Shown here: positions 25,658 to 26,211 of the stretch, one piece after another | Layout of the letters: every line of letters begins with the position of its first letter | How positions within the stretch are numbered: the stretch's first letter is position 1 | Source: a virus | Taxonomy: Duplodnaviria; Caudoviricetes | Strand: one strand, 5' to 3' | IMG/VR virus record: IMGVR_UViG_3300020045_011624 | Location: 1-26,211 of that record | DNA length: 26,211 nt | The notes under the pieces: generated by a model | Seen by the model: the letters and a program-made list of their open reading frames with translations, nothing else | Database searches by the model: none | What the model was told of the DNA's origin: nothing | Translations under genes and position numbers: made by a program

Positions 25658-26211
25658 ATGAATAATCTTAAATTATTCAACTATCAAAATAAACAAGTTC
25701 GAACAGTTGATTTAAACGGAGATATTGGTTTTGTTGCAAAAGATGTGTGCGAAATAATGGAAATTGCGAACCCGCGTGATGCAATCGGCAGGTTAAGCGA
25801 ATCAATGAAGGGGGTCGCTACTACCGACACCCTTGGTGGTGCCCAGCAAATGACAGTAATCACAGAAGCCGGTCTTTATAAGTTAGCCTTTACATCTCGC
25901 AAAGAAGAAGCTGAACGTTTCACTGACTGGGTAGCCTCCGAAGTCCTTCCCTCTATCCGAAAACACGGTTTATACGCAACGGCATCCACCGTCGATGCGA
26001 TGCTATCGGATCCTGATACAACAATTCGAATTTTGACAGAATACAAAGCCGAACGTGAAAAACGTCAAGCTGCTGAAGCAGTCATATCTGCTCAAAAACA
26101 CAAGGTCCTTTTTGCTGACAGTGTCGCAGGAGCCAGTACCAGTATCAATGTTGGAACTATGGCGAAAATACTGAAAAACAATGGGTACGACACAGGGGAA
26201 AAGCGTTTCTA
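25658..26211 (+). CDS. Phage antirepressor (Bro-N plus KilA-C/ANT), 3' truncated
   Basis: Not in the track; MNNLKLFNYQNKQVRTV..FVAKDVC...ITEAGLYKL...WVASEVLPSIRKHG...KVLFADSV..AKILK; runs off the window end. Confidence 0.92.
   Translation, partial: MNNLKLFNYQNKQVRTVDLNGDIGFVAKDVCEIMEIANPRDAIGRLSESMKGVATTDTLGGAQQMTVITEAGLYKLAFTSRKEEAERFTDWVASEVLPSIRKHGLYATASTVDAMLSDPDTTIRILTEYKAEREKRQAAEAVISAQKHKVLFADSVAGASTSINVGTMAKILKNNGYDTGEKRF

Larger units (their letters stand above)
1..26211. mobile_element. Temperate siphovirus-like phage genome segment (excised/circular form, attP intact)
   Basis: Continuous packaging-head-neck-tail-lysis-attP-integrase-repressor-antirepressor order with no host genes; tail tube and tape measure but no sheath gene. 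Confidence 0.96.

Overview
The whole window is part of a temperate, long-tailed (siphovirus-like) phage of a low-GC Gram-positive host, probably Bacillota/Clostridia. On the + strand it runs from the terminases through portal, Clp protease, HK97-fold capsid, neck and tail genes (with a -1 frameshifted tail chaperone), tape measure, tail tip, two receptor-binding branches and the lysis genes. On the - strand follow two accessory cassettes built on one repeated promoter/operator/structured-leader scaffold. Next come an intact attP (3' half of tRNA-Thr(GGU) with arm repeats on both sides, implying the excised or virion form), a tyrosine integrase, a membrane-anchored DEDDh exonuclease, an ImmA-like protease, a CI/Cro switch with five operators and a truncated Bro-N antirepressor. 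Two signals stand out. (1) The repeated cassette scaffold between lysin and attP carries unrelated cargo, including a very acidic 99-aa protein and an RHH-like regulator, resembling an acr-aca/anti-defence locus. (2) A C-terminal aromatic-x5-WDDx(K/R)VW peptide is shared by the tail-terminator and tail-tip proteins, suggesting a peptide docking system for fibres at both neck and tip. Bases 1-33 are an inverted copy of part of terL and are probably a chimera artefact. All product calls come from motif recognition and synteny; no database search was run.
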